From assembly GCA_964016885.1 (NCBI GenBank), contig OZ024740.1, positions 373,178,001 to 373,242,000 of the forward strand: a DNA stretch of 64,000 nucleotides, written 5' to 3'. The position numbers were made by a program, and so were the translations under genes. The notes under the pieces were generated by a model. That model was not told where the DNA came from. It made no database searches and was given only the letters and a program-made list of their open reading frames with translations. Below, piece by piece: positions 16,115 to 30,786 of this stretch. This DNA comes from Eledone cirrhosa (Eukaryota). How positions within the stretch are numbered: the stretch's first letter is position 1; each line of letters starts with the position of its first letter.

Positions 16115-16210
16115 TAATTGCCTTATGTTGTTTATTACATAATAATAATAATTTAGCTCTGTTGCATACATAGAGCACTCTTTTTTCCTGGACTTTTCCG
16201 ATGGAATTAC

Positions 16211-16334
<124 letters not shown>

Positions 16335-16959
16335 GTATAGGATTATCCAAGATGTAGTGATGGTTAATTACTACACTGGATATGGTTGACGTACGATAAG
16401 AGGTTACTCTACGAGTTATGGAAGATGTGTTCAAGAAACTTAGTTCCTGATCCTTCAGTATTCCGGAGTGTATATAAAGAATGAATAATAACAGGCAGAC
16501 ATCATAAAAAGGTAATTTATTCCGTGTGCATACAAGTGTTTCCACGGTGGTACTGCAGCCTAGTTCCGCTACGTGCAAATTCACAAGTATTTGCAGAACT
16601 CGAATAGCCAATGCTGTGACCACTGTTTCCTCAGAGCAGAATGGTAAATGTACAATGTAAAAACCCTTAAGTGGGGTTGTTGGGGAAGATAGAGTGGAAC
16701 AGGAAGAGAGAAAAGTAGGGAAGAAGGAGAGAGAAGGAAAGATATGCAGGGGTTGGAGAAGTAGGAGAGAGTGGCTTGTAGATATCTTAATCAAAATGTT
16801 ATGGCAGGGGTTTTATTGTTTACTTTTGGAGAGATGCGTAGATAGTTGAGGTCGGAATTATTTATTGCCCCAGAGGGCAGGTTCATAGATGTTGAGAGGG
16901 AGGTAGGTCAAAGGTGAGAGAGAGAGAGTGTAATGGATGTAGAGAGAGATAAATTGGTC

Positions 16960-17229
16960 TCAATCAAACATCCGAATCACCGTTTTGTGACCACGCTCGC
17001 CAACAAGACCTGGCAACTCCGTGAACACAACCAACAGTTCACCTTAAAATGGGATATACTTTCCAGCGCAAATGCATATCGGTGTGGATTGAAGTACTGC
17101 AGGTTATGTAACCTTGAGCTATTTTACATACTAAAATCCAAAAACAAACTACTTAACGATAGAATTGAACGATCATTATACTGCAACCACAAACTAAAAG
17201 CTAAATTCTCTCACTATAAAATAACTTAA
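16960..17229 (+). pseudogene. PLE GIY-YIG endonuclease C-terminal fragment
   Basis: SIKHPNHRFVTTLANKTWQLR...FTLKWDIL...CRLCNLELFYIL...LLNDRIERSLYCNH aligns residue by residue with the 54253-54579 product. Confidence 0.85.
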
Positions 17230-17717
17230 CATTCGAACCCGTAACTACAACACCACTTTCTAACTAACAACCTTCTCTTCCCCCCACACTACAAGACAAT
17301 ACACTGCTTATCACTATACATGGTAACTCCGTACAATTCCTAGATTACTACTACAAAACCAAAAGTTCACTCAACACACATACTTTATCTGTGCCCTCTA
17401 TACCTATATATCTCTCTCTACATCCATTACACTCTCTCTCTCTCACCTTTGACCTACCTCCCTCTCAACATCTATGAACCTGCCCTCTGGGGCAATAAAT
17501 AATTCCGACCTCAACTATCTACGCATCTCTCCAAAAGTAAACAATAAAACTCCTACCATAACATTTTGATTAAGATATCTACAAGCCACTCTCTCCTACT
17601 TCTCCAACCCCTGCATATCTGTCCTTCTCTCTCCTTCTTCCCTACTTTACTCTCTTCCTGTTCCACTCTATCTTCCCCAACAACCCCACTTAAGGGTTTT
17701 TACATTGTACATTTACC

Positions 17718-17841
17718 ATTCTGCTCTGAGGAAACAGTGGTCACAGCATTGGCTATTCGAGTTCTGCAAAAACTTGTGAATTTGCACGTAGCGGAACTAG
17801 GCTGCAGTACCACCGTTGAAACACTTGTAAGCACACGGAAT
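17718..17841 (+). ncRNA. Type I hammerhead ribozyme with 85-nt helix II domain (mirror copy 16519-16642, minus)
   Basis: tgct CTGAGGA aacagtggt...accaccgtt GAAA cacttg TA agca. Confidence 0.75.
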
Positions 17842-17920
17842 AAATTACCTTTTTATGATGTCTACCTGTTATTATTCATTCTTTATATATAGATATATAT
17901 ATATATATAAATATATATAC

Positions 17921-18119
17921 GTAGGTCCCGGGTTGAGTCGGGGATAACCACAGTAAGTAAGGTACTCAATACATGGCAGAGTAAATTTTTTTATTTTATA
18001 GAAGGAGCTTCTACAGGACTAGTACTGTTTCATTCAGATGAAATCTTCAGGAAGCATTCTTCCTGAAGATTTCATCTGAATGAAACAGTACTAGTCCTGT
18101 AGAAGCTCCTTCTATAAAA
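17921..18119. mobile_element. Short HHR element as a perfect fold-back; HHRs at 18007-18055 (-) and 18059-18106 (+)
   Basis: 61-bp perfect arms 17994-18054 / 18059-18119, spacer catt; gcttc CTGAAGA tttca tc tgaat GAAA cag tactagtc ctg TA gaagc. Confidence 0.85.
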
Positions 18120-18135
18120 AAAAAAATAAAAAAAA

Positions 18136-18554
<419 letters not shown>

Positions 18555-18575
18555 CATATATATATGTTTGCTATA

Positions 18576-18621
<46 letters not shown>

Positions 18622-19686
18622 TATATATATATAAATATATATATATATAAATATATATATTTGTTTTGCGAGGATTTTGATATATATATATACATGCGCA
18701 CGTTTGTGCGGTCTTGTGTGTCTGTGCGCGTGTGTGTCGGTTTATCTGCATACATGCATGCATATGCAGATGTATAATTCTCTGTTGCTCTGTGTTAATT
18801 TCATTTTACGTGTTTACGTGGATATCAAGTATATATTTGAATTATTTTTACTTAATTTTAATTAATTTTGACAACATATACTCCTCAATCATAGCAAACA
18901 TGAGTCTTATATAATAATAAAAACATGCCCAATGTTCACGTTTATAAATGTATGTTTATGTGCAGGCTTGAGTGTTTGTGTGTATGCGTTTAGTGTGAGT
19001 GTGTGTCTTAGTATGTCGGTGCGTTAATATAATGTTGCTTTAGAAAAATCCCAGTTTCTCAACTAAAATGTGTATTCATGAAACCTATAACACTGGGCTG
19101 GCACACATCCTATATATTTATCTGTCTTATGCTTCTAATTTTATTTACAATCAGCCATTTATTAATAATTAAGTTGTGTACTAGCTTTTACATACTTATT
19201 CCGTCAGAATAGCTTCCAGTCTAGCATGCTTCACATGGACAACGTCAATAATCCGTTTATCATACATAATATTGATGTAGTTTGTTAATATAACCAGCTT
19301 ATTTATTCCTCCTTATGATGCTTGTACGGCATTTGTTGAAGTGTTCATTTTTTCATTGGCACTGATGTGTTATAGTTAAAGTAAGCTTTATGTTTTTATA
19401 TTCACACTAACGATATTTAAATAGGAGTTGTATCTTGTGCAGTCTCAACATATCCAATGCATCGATACACTAAATAATAATCGTTTTAATATTGCTTACA
19501 TTAACGGCATATTTGTGACGCAATATATAACTTTCTCGGGTTGAACATAATTTTATAGCATTAAACACTTATACAACTAATAGCTATTGTACATAATTCA
19601 TAACTAGCTATAACATATTCACAAATTATGTACATTAAGCACTCGACTTATTTTACTTACTTTGGTATTTTACAGATAATAGTTAC

Positions 19687-19836
<150 letters not shown>

Positions 19837-19864
19837 TATATATATATATTTATATATATATATT

Positions 19865-19895
<31 letters not shown>

Positions 19896-20810
19896 GTTTG
19901 TATATATATATATTTGTATATATATATATTTATATATACTTCGCCGAGGTGTTATTGTGTGAAGCGAATTTATAAAAGAGATTTTAGGTTTTAATATACA
20001 GCTAAGATAATAGGTGTAGTAAATCAACGGCATAAAATAAAAACAAATATTTGGTACTACATAGAATTTGTACTGAAGCATATTGATTTTCACAATACCA
20101 CATATCCGACATATAGTGACACATTCAGTATTATAAACAAATAGTGCTACCCAACTTAAATTGAGATATATTAGGAAAAATTGTCTTGAGCAAAGTGATT
20201 TCAATTTTACTACATATCCTGTGTACTAAAAATATTTACTCTACACACTTATATTATACACCAAACCAATACATACTTATTTTGAATATTAGTATGTGCC
20301 TGGACGAAATAATTTAATGTTGATTTTTATATAAACACATTCATGCTTATGAGAATGGTCCACTATAATTTGTTAAAAAATATAAAAATATAAAAGAAAA
20401 CTTAAACTTCGCTTGTTGAACATATCTTAATATGGTATGGAACAACATCATTCTAATTAATGTAGATATATAATCAAGAACGTCATAGCGTTTCAGTTCT
20501 ATTGCCAAGTTAAGCAACAGCTACGTAAATGTGTTTATAAATCGATAATCTAAATGTGAAAAGTTTCCTTGAATTATTTTAGCTTAATGAAGCGACAAAA
20601 AGAGGGTGTTTCTTTCTACAACTTGTTAATTAGAAATTACAACGGAATGTTTTTCTCCTCGTGATTCATTATAAAATTAATCCAATGTTTCCATTTTGCC
20701 TCTCACCCTCCTATTTGTATGCATTAATATATACTTAAATCCAAACAAACATACACAAGTATATACAGCTCTATTCACACATACACAGACAACCATATAG
20801 GCGCCTATTA

Positions 20811-20877
<67 letters not shown>

Positions 20878-21163
20878 CATATATATTAATATATATATAT
20901 ATTAATATATATATGTGTGTGAGTGTCTGTATGTGTGTGTGAGTGCCTGTGCGTGTGCATTCGTGTATTTCTGTACGTGCGTGTGTATATTCGTGTGTAA
21001 ATGTTTGTGTGTGCTGCGTTGCATTTTTAAATAATCGGATAATGATTTAACATTTCAATTGTTGGATACAAATCCGGCATAAACAAATAAATAAGTTTCC
21101 TGTCGAAAGTAGTTCACAAACACTTCCAAATGCACATACACGTATATATATATATACATTTAT

Positions 21164-21223
<60 letters not shown>

Positions 21224-21284
21224 GATATATATAGATATATATATATATACATATATATATAATATATATATACATATATATTTA

Positions 21285-21487
21285 TAGGAACATGTTTAAC
21301 CCCGACGGCAGAACTCAAGCCGTTTCGATGGCTATTTCTGGACTAAATTTAGTCCAGAAATAGCCGTCGAAACGGGTTGAGCTCTGCCGTCGGGGTTAAA
21401 TAGTTTCCTATTACCCACATTATTACCCTAAGTATTGAGTACTCTGGTGCGTTATGGTCCATCTGGTTCCTTACCACACCTCCTTCG

Positions 21488-21490
<3 letters not shown>
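21285..21490. mobile_element. Spacerless palindrome of two half-HHRs plus 3' tail, 31449-32408 family
   Basis: Arms 21285-21347 / 21348-21411 centred on gactaaa|tttagtc; tail 21412-21490 matches 32330-32408. Confidence 0.85.
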
Positions 21491-21563
<73 letters not shown>

Positions 21564-22021
21564 GCATTAACATAATCAAACATTTGTATAAATATGTAAC
21601 ATTCACGTGCAACCAATCCAAGATATATATGTATTATACACATCCTACACACACACGCACACACGCGCGCGTGCACACACGCATACGCACACACATACCC
21701 CCCCCCCAAAAAAAAAACACATATATATAATTTGTTTTGCAGTTATGAATAGAAACAATATAAAAGATCATTAAAAGATCATTAAAATATCTATCAATAT
21801 AAATATATAGTTGTAAATATATAAATGTATCTACTTACCACCAGATCTTATTTTCAGCGTAAAATCCACAGATACCATTACAACCGGTGATTTCCATGCT
21901 GTTCCGTCGCCGATGTGTGCGTTACTTTGTTTGATTAGGTAATGAATGCGATTATAATATTGTTCTATTGCTATTAATAATGTTACTATTACTATTGTTT
22001 TTGTTGATTTAATGTAATTCA

Positions 22022-22138
<117 letters not shown>

Positions 22139-22359
22139 CACTCTTATATATAGTTAAGTTAATAGAATAATTAAAGGAATAGTCAGATTATATACTTTAT
22201 ATATTGTATAATATTTAGAGGTCGTGTAAGCCCATCTTTTGATTTGTATATTTGTATTTCTCTTTCTAATTGGTTGATGAGAGTATTTACCGTAAGGCAG
22301 TTCTTCTAGCGCGGGACAATGAATGAAGAAAGTCTCATTAATGCCATGTATAAAACTTC

Positions 22360-22422
22360 AGCTTAGAACGAGCTTTCAACGCAACAGGCACCTTGGATGA
22401 TCCATCAAGTCTTCAGTAGGCC
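22360..22422 (-). ncRNA. Type I hammerhead motif, partly decayed
   Basis: ggccta CTGAAGA cttgatggatcatccaag...gtt GAAA gctcgt TC taagct; preceded on the same strand by a U-rich tract (22430-22620) like other PLE 3' regions here. Confidence 0.55.
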
Positions 22423-23199
22423 ACCTGCAGTGAGAAAATGAGAAGGAAAAAATAGAATATGAAGTTGAAAATATAAAAATGTGAAGAAAAAACAAACACA
22501 CGAAAAAGTGAGAGTTGCTATTTAGAAGTAAAATAAATAAATATACGCTAATATGCAAGAAGAAGCAAAACAAAATGAAAAAAAATAAATTTAAAAAATT
22601 AAACAAGAAAATACTACTTGAATATGAGATAGAAAGCGGATGGTTTACGAAACGACATTTCTTGAAGAACAATGGTCATTCATGTTGAATGAAAATATGA
22701 ATGCAGTTTCCTGTATTGCCTACGTAAGACCATTGGAGCGCAAAATAGGAATATGAAACATGTAAAGAAAAAAAAAACGCATCCACCATTTTAAAGAAAT
22801 AAAGTGGCTGATAGAAACGATGAGTAAGTGCATTAAGGCGGATGTTGGGGGAATGTATAACTGTTAATGTTTGTGATGTTTGCTTGGATGCAAGCTAATT
22901 TTACCGAGAAGATATACGTTTTACTGTTCTCTAAAGCGCGCTTCTGTTTGAGAATAGCGTCCCTATATGTTAAAAGACACCAATTCCTCAAGTTCTCAAT
23001 ATTTCCTCTTGAATTTAATATACATGCAATCTTATCTATTAACCTTCCTATCGCTCTATCAGATTAACTGATGTGTATTTATATCGACAGATCTATCCAC
23101 CGATCTATCCATCCCTATTATTTTTATTCTTCATATTTACATTTATGCTGCTTTTTCATTTTGTTACTGATCCACAAATCAATCAAAACCAACGAACAA

Positions 23200-24060
23200 T
23201 ATGAGACTTAGTTTCGTCAGCGCCGACTGGCAACAGGTGAAGCTCCCAGTGAGGCTCGTTTGCCTCAGCCTCCAATCCGCATCGGACTTGGCACTGCCAG
23301 TCTACCTCTTCCCAAACTCCTCAAGTCGCACCCATCCTCAACTAGGAGGACGTTAGCAAGACAGCCGATTCTGACTTAGCTCTAAAGCTGGAGCAGGTTC
23401 TGGCTTGGACCAACACCAGCTTGCCTGCCTCCGCTCCACTTCATAGCCAAACAGCTGTACCTTATGCCCGATACCCTTATTGATGACGACTACACTCGCA
23501 TTGGATTGGGTTTAAGTCTCGGCCATCGCGTGTGAGATTCACATAAATGCGGTTATAGGACTATCGTTAATGAGTTTGTACTGCACCCATTATCAGGCTG
23601 TCTCTCCCGACATGCCATTCCCAATGATATATTAAGAGGGAACATGAATACAACGGGCTTCCTATCACCACCGCAGCCAACAGGCCTCAGGCGCCGAGAG
23701 AGCAAGTAACCCGATGTAATTATCTTCACATTCGAAAAAGATAAATCGCTCGTCTGAGACGCGACATGGTGTGGCATATTCTCCGTCTCCAATGTAGACG
23801 CTTCGGCCACACACTACTATACTGCGGCCCCCACTGCAAATGACAGGAAGAGAAGTGAATACCGAGGCTCCTTCATAAAATCGGAACGTCAGCAGCCGGT
23901 CTGATTGGCTGTTGCAGCGTGTGTCGCGGAAATTTGTTTGAAAATATGTCCGTTGAGTGCAGCAGGAATACTGCCCTGACCTAAGCACACAATCTGTCTC
24001 CCTCTTTTAATCTCTATCTCTCTCCTCCTTCCGTTGTCTAATACCACTTGCTCTTTTCTT
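23200..24060 (+). mobile_element. CRE-like LINE fragment, degraded
   Basis: DWQQVKLPVRLVCLSLQSASDLALP at ~23225 parallels GWQPAKLSVGFGGLRIESNLDLAL at ~45180; GC-rich island ending in a pyrimidine tail. Confidence 0.65.
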
Positions 24061-24364
24061 CCTTATCTTCATATTCATGACATTTACAAGCTTTTTCTCT
24101 ACCCTCCTATACAGCCAGATCTCCCATTCTTTATTCACTGTTTCTTTCTTTCATATCCTAAAATTGTTTTCATCTCTTTTTTAACACTTTCATCAGTGTA
24201 TACATTCTGTTTGTAAAATATAGTTGTAAATTTTGTGTATATCAATTAATTATAGAAATATGACACCACAATTTAATGTGAACAGGCAAGGCCTTAATAT
24301 ATTTAACGCTGTTCGTATATTTATATATATATATATATATCATTTGGAAGCTCTGCTTCGTAGA

Positions 24365-24472
24365 ATCTAGACATATCTGAGGATCTTGCGATTTCAGAGA
24401 CAGCTTTGATCATTGCATCGATGGTGCCTCGAGCTGGTCGCCAGAGAAACGATTGTAATATGTCAAATAGAT
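24365..24472 (+). ncRNA. Type I hammerhead ribozyme with 62-nt helix II, in a ~180-bp insert (24343-24525) between TA runs
   Basis: gacatat CTGAGGA tcttgcgat...gtcgccaga GAAA cgattg TA atatgtc; perfect 7-bp helix I extended by atcta/tagat. Confidence 0.85.
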
Positions 24473-24521
24473 TGTATTCGTCCCACCACTGATTCTCCGT
24501 ATCCTATGTGATATACATATA

Positions 24522-24569
<48 letters not shown>

Positions 24570-24573
<4 letters not shown>

Positions 24574-25450
24574 ACATGTGGAAAAGGAGTACACGAGTAG
24601 GAATATATGTATATATATGAAAATAGGGCGAAAAAGACGATTATTAGGAAGAAAAATAAAGAAGCGTTGTCTATGAATCTGTAAATAGGGAACATTTTCC
24701 CCATTTACAAATTCATAGACAACATTTATTTCATCCATCGTACCAATAAGGAAACGTACTTCATTAACACATTGCAACCTCTACTGAATGCACTAAGCTT
24801 CGGACTAAACTAAAACTGGAACGAACAATGAACCGAAACCAAATCCCTATCTTCTATAAAGAGTTATCTCCCCCCACTCTACCTAATCCTTTTTCTTATA
24901 TAAATGAATTACCCCCTCACATTCCTCTCTCCCCTACCTTAACTCCCTGACTTACCTCCCCTTTCATATTAACTCTCTAAAAAGGGAAATCATATCAAAC
25001 CCCAGACTGCCATTTGCCTATATCATGGATCAACTAAGCACTCTTGCCAGAATAAAACATTTTGAACTGCTTATCTTCAAGAAGTATGCCCGTAAATAAT
25101 ATTATTTTTTTCTTTTCGATTACCTTATTATGTTACACATTACCCCCTTTTTTCTTTTTTCTTTTCACTTCAAAAACCTTGTTTGTAAATAATTTATTCT
25201 TTCTTCACCATTTCTTTAACATGTTCAACATCACCAACATTTTACACCGATACAAATTCCCCCATTTGATAAGGCATAACATGCTGAAACCGGTAATAGA
25301 CAATTATTAAATAAATAAAAAATTAAATAAATGTCATTGTTAATTAATAAATAAATTAACTAATACCTTAACACTTCACACAAAGTAAAATATTTTGTTT
25401 TAAAGATTTTCTAACCCAGAAAAAAGAGAAAACATTAAAAAGGAAAAACA
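24570..25450 (+). mobile_element. PLE 3' fragment: GIY-YIG tail (24691-24813), 3' region and HHR; short inverted junction at 24667-24722
   Basis: NIFPIYKFIDNIYFIHRTNKETYFINTLQPLLN fits the R...E..fI....P.LN end of GIY-YIG domains; ttgtctatgaat/attcatagacaa inversion. Confidence 0.65.
25255..25305 (+). ncRNA. Type I hammerhead motif, U3-A8 core variant
   Basis: cccat TTGATAA ggcat aac atgct GAAA ccgg TA atagac; helices II and III good, helix I weak. Confidence 0.65.
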
Positions 25451-26866
25451 AATATTTTGTTCAAAATAATCGCCTTTTTCTCCCTATATTCATATATATA
25501 TATATATTGCAATATATACATGTACTGCAACAAATTGAAAGGTATATTAGCATCATGCAACGGAGGAAATGGAGGAAGGTTGGCGCTTCGGACGTGATTC
25601 CTTCGTTAGGAAATTGTAAATGGAAGGTTTGTATAGGGAGATGCTCAGGTGTGAGGGCTGAAGTGGAGTGTCCAGGTTTGTCATGGGGGTGGCTGTATAT
25701 AATTTCATACATGAATATCGCAGAGTAACACGTCTGACATGTAGCCTTCAAAACTTGAATATGAAGACTTCCCTTCTGCACTTTGTATTCTTTTTCTCAG
25801 TCAGCCACATACGAATATATATATATATAACAGAGTTTTGTAGCTTGCTTGAAGCATTGTTTAATAGGAAACAGATTTAAATTTTGAAGATCAACACACT
25901 CCGTATGAAGAACGTTAAATTGCCAAGATAAAAGAACTCTTCCCGTAGCAAATTTAACGATCCCAAATATGCTAAGGTAAGATTATTTTATGTTGTCAAT
26001 TTAACATTCTCCATAGTCATTGTGTTGGTCTTAAAATTTCAATTTGTTTCATATATATAAGTCAGTGGTACAAATGAACATAATATCTGGCGAATCATTG
26101 ACGAGAAGACGAAAGAAGCATCCAAGCCATGCGAAATGTGAGCGAGAAAAGAATTTCACACGGGTCAGACGGGTGGGTTAGTACCAGAGAAGGTTAGTAG
26201 CAGAGAGTGAGTGAGTGAAAGTTTGAGGAAGAGGCGAGCCGAGATATGGTGACTAGCAGAGGGGGTGAATGAAAGTAAGAGGTACAATGAGAGAGAAGGG
26301 GGAGAGAGAAAGTGGATAGCAGTAAGTGAAGAGAAAGAGACAGGTCACAGCGAAGGGAAAAATATAGGGATGAAAAAAGGCGTGCTGCGTTGTTGCGGAT
26401 GTGATACATATGAATTAAAAATAGAGTAAGAGGCCAGGACTACCCGACACCTGTGATCTGCTGGCCAGTGTGTGTGTGTATATGTTTGAATGAAGCAGTA
26501 AACAAAGAACGAATAAACAAGTGGATGCAAAGGCATTAAGTCCTATTACTTTCACGCTTGGAGAAAAAGATTGAGTCACATAGTCCTAATATTTGCTATT
26601 TGCCCTTCATCAGGAAAAAACACAAAAGGAAAAACGCAGACAAAATAAAATAAATATAAAAGTTTTGTTATAATAAATTAGAAGGAAAATAAAACAAATC
26701 AAGGGAGAAGGGTGGGGAGGGGTTCGGAGTGTGGATATTGGGGTGATATTGTAGTTGGTATTTGTGTGGAGGTGGGGTTCGTATTATGATGTGTATGTTC
26801 TGTTAAGTGACTAGTCGGTGGAATTTTATATGTGATATACGTATATTGTATGTGATATACATATAT

Positions 26867-26999
<133 letters not shown>

Positions 27000-27889
27000 C
27001 CCTTTTAAGAAAACCGTCTGTACTAATAGGAAATGTAAAATGAACCCCCGGATAAACTGTAAAACTTGAAACGTAGTCTATAGCATAAGATGTACAGAGG
27101 GTACTTGCAGAAACATGACAACAACATACATAGGCGAGAAAAGTCGTAGCATAGGAGAAAGGATAGACTAACACTGGGGGGAACTAAAAGGAGGAAAAAA
27201 TGGTTCAGTACTATATGAACACGGCAGACAACAACATGACGGTAACACAGACAACATACAAATTAAAATAATATCTAAACATAGAAATCACCCAGCAGAT
27301 AGGTAAATCAGAGAGGTAAGCGGAATAGAGCTTAGAAGGCCAAAGGTAAACAGAAAAAATGAATCGAATAACAACACCCAAACACACAATACTGACTTAA
27401 AGGAAATAAAAATAAATAAATAAAACATAGATATATACACAAGCACAATAACAACAAACACATATAAACACACACTGGTAAACTAAGATAGTATACAATA
27501 ACCAAAACACAGTCACCCAAACGCGAACACACACCAAACACTATACGCAAACGCAAACGAAAGCGCAGAGAAGACAACAAAAAAAATTAATAAACATATA
27601 AAATAAAAATGGCGTAGATATACAATACAACAGGAGGAACATAATAGTAGCACTGATGATGTTTATGCAGATGTGCAACGAAATAACTTTGTTAGACTAT
27701 ATGTATGTGTTTATATCTATATTATAACTGTATTTTTGACCGTTGGTCAGTCAATGGTAAACATTGAGGACCGAATGAATTAACTGTGGAGATATATAAT
27801 ATACAGAAGCGAAAACCAACCAAACAGTGCGTGTGTTCTGTTATTATTTCTGGCAATATTATTACAACAATATGACCCTCCCCAAGTAT

Positions 27890-27964
<75 letters not shown>

Positions 27965-28004
27965 TATACATTCACATAAATATATATATATTAATTATTT
28001 ATTA

Positions 28005-29654
28005 ACATAACAGATTAAAGTTTAAGCAATGAATCGCTGCTTTCACCCTTAACGGGATATTCTGAAACTAACAAAGTTAATCTGTGAACGCAGAAGTGAA
28101 TATTTAAAAAAACGTTGCAACCAGAGGAAGAGAGGAAGACGATACTTTGGTTCGTGGAAACATTCCCTGGCAAAGAACGGGAAAAACGAATATAATACGT
28201 CATTAATTGGATCGGTGAAAAACAATTACAAGCAAAGACAAAACCACGTTTATGGTATAAAAGAAGTCGTACACTAATATTCTATTAGGTTGTTCATAGA
28301 GACGTTCTCTGGCAATGATCGTAAAAAACGAAAATAATACGTCATATGTGGGGTGGGGAGAACAATTGCACGCAAAGACAAAACCACGTAAATGTTCTTT
28401 TCTGAACCTATCGCAAGCACGTGGGCCGCCCTTAGTCATGGTCAAAAGACCATCATCACGGTACAATCCACCGCCCACTTTGGGGATTTGTTCCTTGGTA
28501 GAGAAAAGAAGGAAAATGTCGATAAGATCAGTAACCTCCGCAGAATTGCTGGCGCCCATACTCACGGCGAATGGGGTACTATTAGATTTTTTAATCCAAA
28601 TAGAGTCGTCGAAATTAATCACCGACTTTCGGGCATTGAGGATGATATCAACTTCGAAATCCTTAACCACTGTGAGTGTTTTAGCGAAATTGATAGCTCT
28701 AAGGAGAAGTGGTAAAGTGATGGAGGAGTAGTAATTGTTGATGTCGAATTGGATAAAACGGCAATGTTCCTTGTTGCATATGCCGTTGAACCAATCAATC
28801 ACCGCGAAAGATTTGTTCCACATTGCAAGAGGGGCTAAAATTCTATATTCAGGTATAATACCATCAATAATCGTTTTACTAAGTCTACCTAAATCGGACT
28901 TCGTACGGTTAATAAGCCGAAAGAGGGGTTGCTCGGAAAATTGGATTTGTGATGCTTCAGGCTAAAGTGGGGAGAAATAGGGTCCAGAGGTTCAGTTCGG
29001 ACCAGGATGTTGAGATCAGATGTGATGTTAAACCCAGCATCGTTGATTTCATTAATGACGCTCCGATTAGTTTTACGATAATCCTTAGTTACAGCATTAT
29101 GTAGCAGTTGATGGTAAGTACTGCACTCCACTTGATATAGATTGCCAGTTTTGTCGGAATGGACGTGCACGGCATTAGAATCCTTGATAGAACGAATTCT
29201 ATTCTTCAGGTCCTGCTGGAAGGAATTGCTCCTATTCCGAAATTTGATACTCCGTATGAGTTCCAAGACATCATTTTCGAAGGGTACCAATGCTGGGTTA
29301 CTCGGAGAGTTATCATAGGTTTTAAACTCAAATTTTACCTCTGTGTTGTCTGCTTTTCCCTGATTATCGAAATAAAAGGCACGCCAAAGCAACCTTTTAA
29401 TGAACGCGTCTGCTTTCTGTATCAGGAGCTTTTGGTATGTTTTCCTGCTCGGTACGAGCATGTTCTTTGTAGCAATATCCAGATGTTGTTTCTGCATAAT
29501 GAATATAAGTCAATAGAGTGCTCAACCGAGGGAGCCAAATAGTAATAATAATAAAATTTGAAGACTAAAATGCAAAGAGGGCTCGATAAGGATAAATATA
29601 CACTAATAGAATATTAGTGTACGACTTCTTATAGTTTCCATTTGTTTAATATCG
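28005..29654 (-). mobile_element. PLE remnant carrying the RT, with terminal pieces of the recurrent ~150-bp unit and a 28-bp inverted repeat
   Basis: 28261-28288 and 29603-29630 are exact reverse complements; 28005-28070 and 29541-29600 match the unit at 39890-40035 and 40705-40850. Confidence 0.75.
28390..29497 (-). pseudogene. Neptune-type PLE reverse transcriptase, N-terminus through the YRDD motif; frameshift near 28920, 3'-truncated
   Basis: FIKRLLWRAFYFD, HSDKTGNLY (PLE DKG-type motif), LKHHKSNFPSNP / RLINRTKSDLG, FIQFDINNYYSSI, MGASNSAEVTDL, GGLYRDDGL. Confidence 0.92.
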
Positions 29655-29682
<28 letters not shown>

Positions 29683-29685
<3 letters not shown>

Positions 29686-29700
29686 GCATACATTCACACG

Positions 29701-29745
<45 letters not shown>

Positions 29746-29788
29746 TTGTATGTGTGTGTGTGTGCGTGTGTGTCTGTGTGTGTTTGTG

Positions 29789-29821
<33 letters not shown>

Positions 29822-30190
29822 GAATGTATATATAGTGTACTTTGCAATACAATGTATGGTTAATTATAAGCATTTTGAAGACCTTACGCTAATTTTCAAT
29901 TTTTGCTGGACCGGCAACTGCTCTGTATAATCAGTTCGTGGTTATTACTGGAATTCTATAAGAATCCAACATTCATAATTTTCAACAAACAAGGGGAGTA
30001 CAAAGCTATGAGGAATACCAACAGTATGATACAGAGATCTGTCAGCTTATCTTCCTTTGTTTGTTGAAAAAAAAAAGTGACTTAGTCACTACTTTAAAAC
30101 AATAGCGTAAGGTCTTCAAAATGCTTTTAATTGAGCATACAATGTATGCTATATATACATTCATATGTACACTATATATACATTCATATA
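29683..30190 (+). mobile_element. HHR-bearing repeat (direct copy at 32420-32794) with an inverted terminal piece, 30103-30166
   Basis: 29820-30076 matches 32538-32794; aagcattttgaagaccttacgcta is inverted at 30103-30126. Confidence 0.75.
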
Positions 30191-30214
30191 TATATCGCTA
30201 TTTCAGAGCACCAA

Positions 30215-30253
<39 letters not shown>

Positions 30254-30786
30254 TTGTCCCTGCGTTTGTATTGGTGTGTGTGTGTTTGCGGGCATGCATC
30301 TGTTTAATCAATACTCATACGTGTACATTGTGTACGTATGTATGCTTATGTCTACCTAGTGTTACGAAGTAATCTGTAGTCATGCTTATATAGATTTATT
30401 CTCTCCAGAATTTTCATCGACTTTTCTGCTATATATTCATACCATCGACTTTACCGTCCATCTTATTGTATATTGCTGTACATTTGTAACGTCTATTTGT
30501 TGAAAAATTATACGCTACTTGTTTACAATTATATTCATTTCGAATATGTCAACAGTAGATATGTTGTAAACATACTAAAATCAGTAGATCTATTTTCAGA
30601 ACACCGAAATGAATATTACGTGTGTCACGGATGTTTTGATAAATGTTATTTGCAATTCCGTTTCTAGTTGATCTTGATACACTGTTACATTGGAAAAACC
30701 ATATTGCTTTATATTAACATAAGGATATCCATTTGTAATGGATGGTCACAATAATCCTTATGAAGACTGTGTAGTCTCAGCATGTG

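Noticed and set aside
19355-19430. CTGATGT...GATA tttaaa TA as a decayed HHR
   Set aside because: Two core mismatches and no helix I.
21831-21940. Possible host exon (ttttcag...gtaatg on plus; gtaagt donor on minus)
   Set aside because: Splice-like signals on both strands and no recognisable peptide; needs RNA-seq.
26535-26622. Minus-strand CTGATGA agggcaaatagc... with a later GAAA
   Set aside because: Helices I and II do not close; at most a truncated 5' half.
27645-27700. CTGATGA tgtt...aac GAAA taac ttt gtta GA
   Set aside because: U16.1 missing and helix I out of register; probably a decayed HHR but not supportable as a feature.
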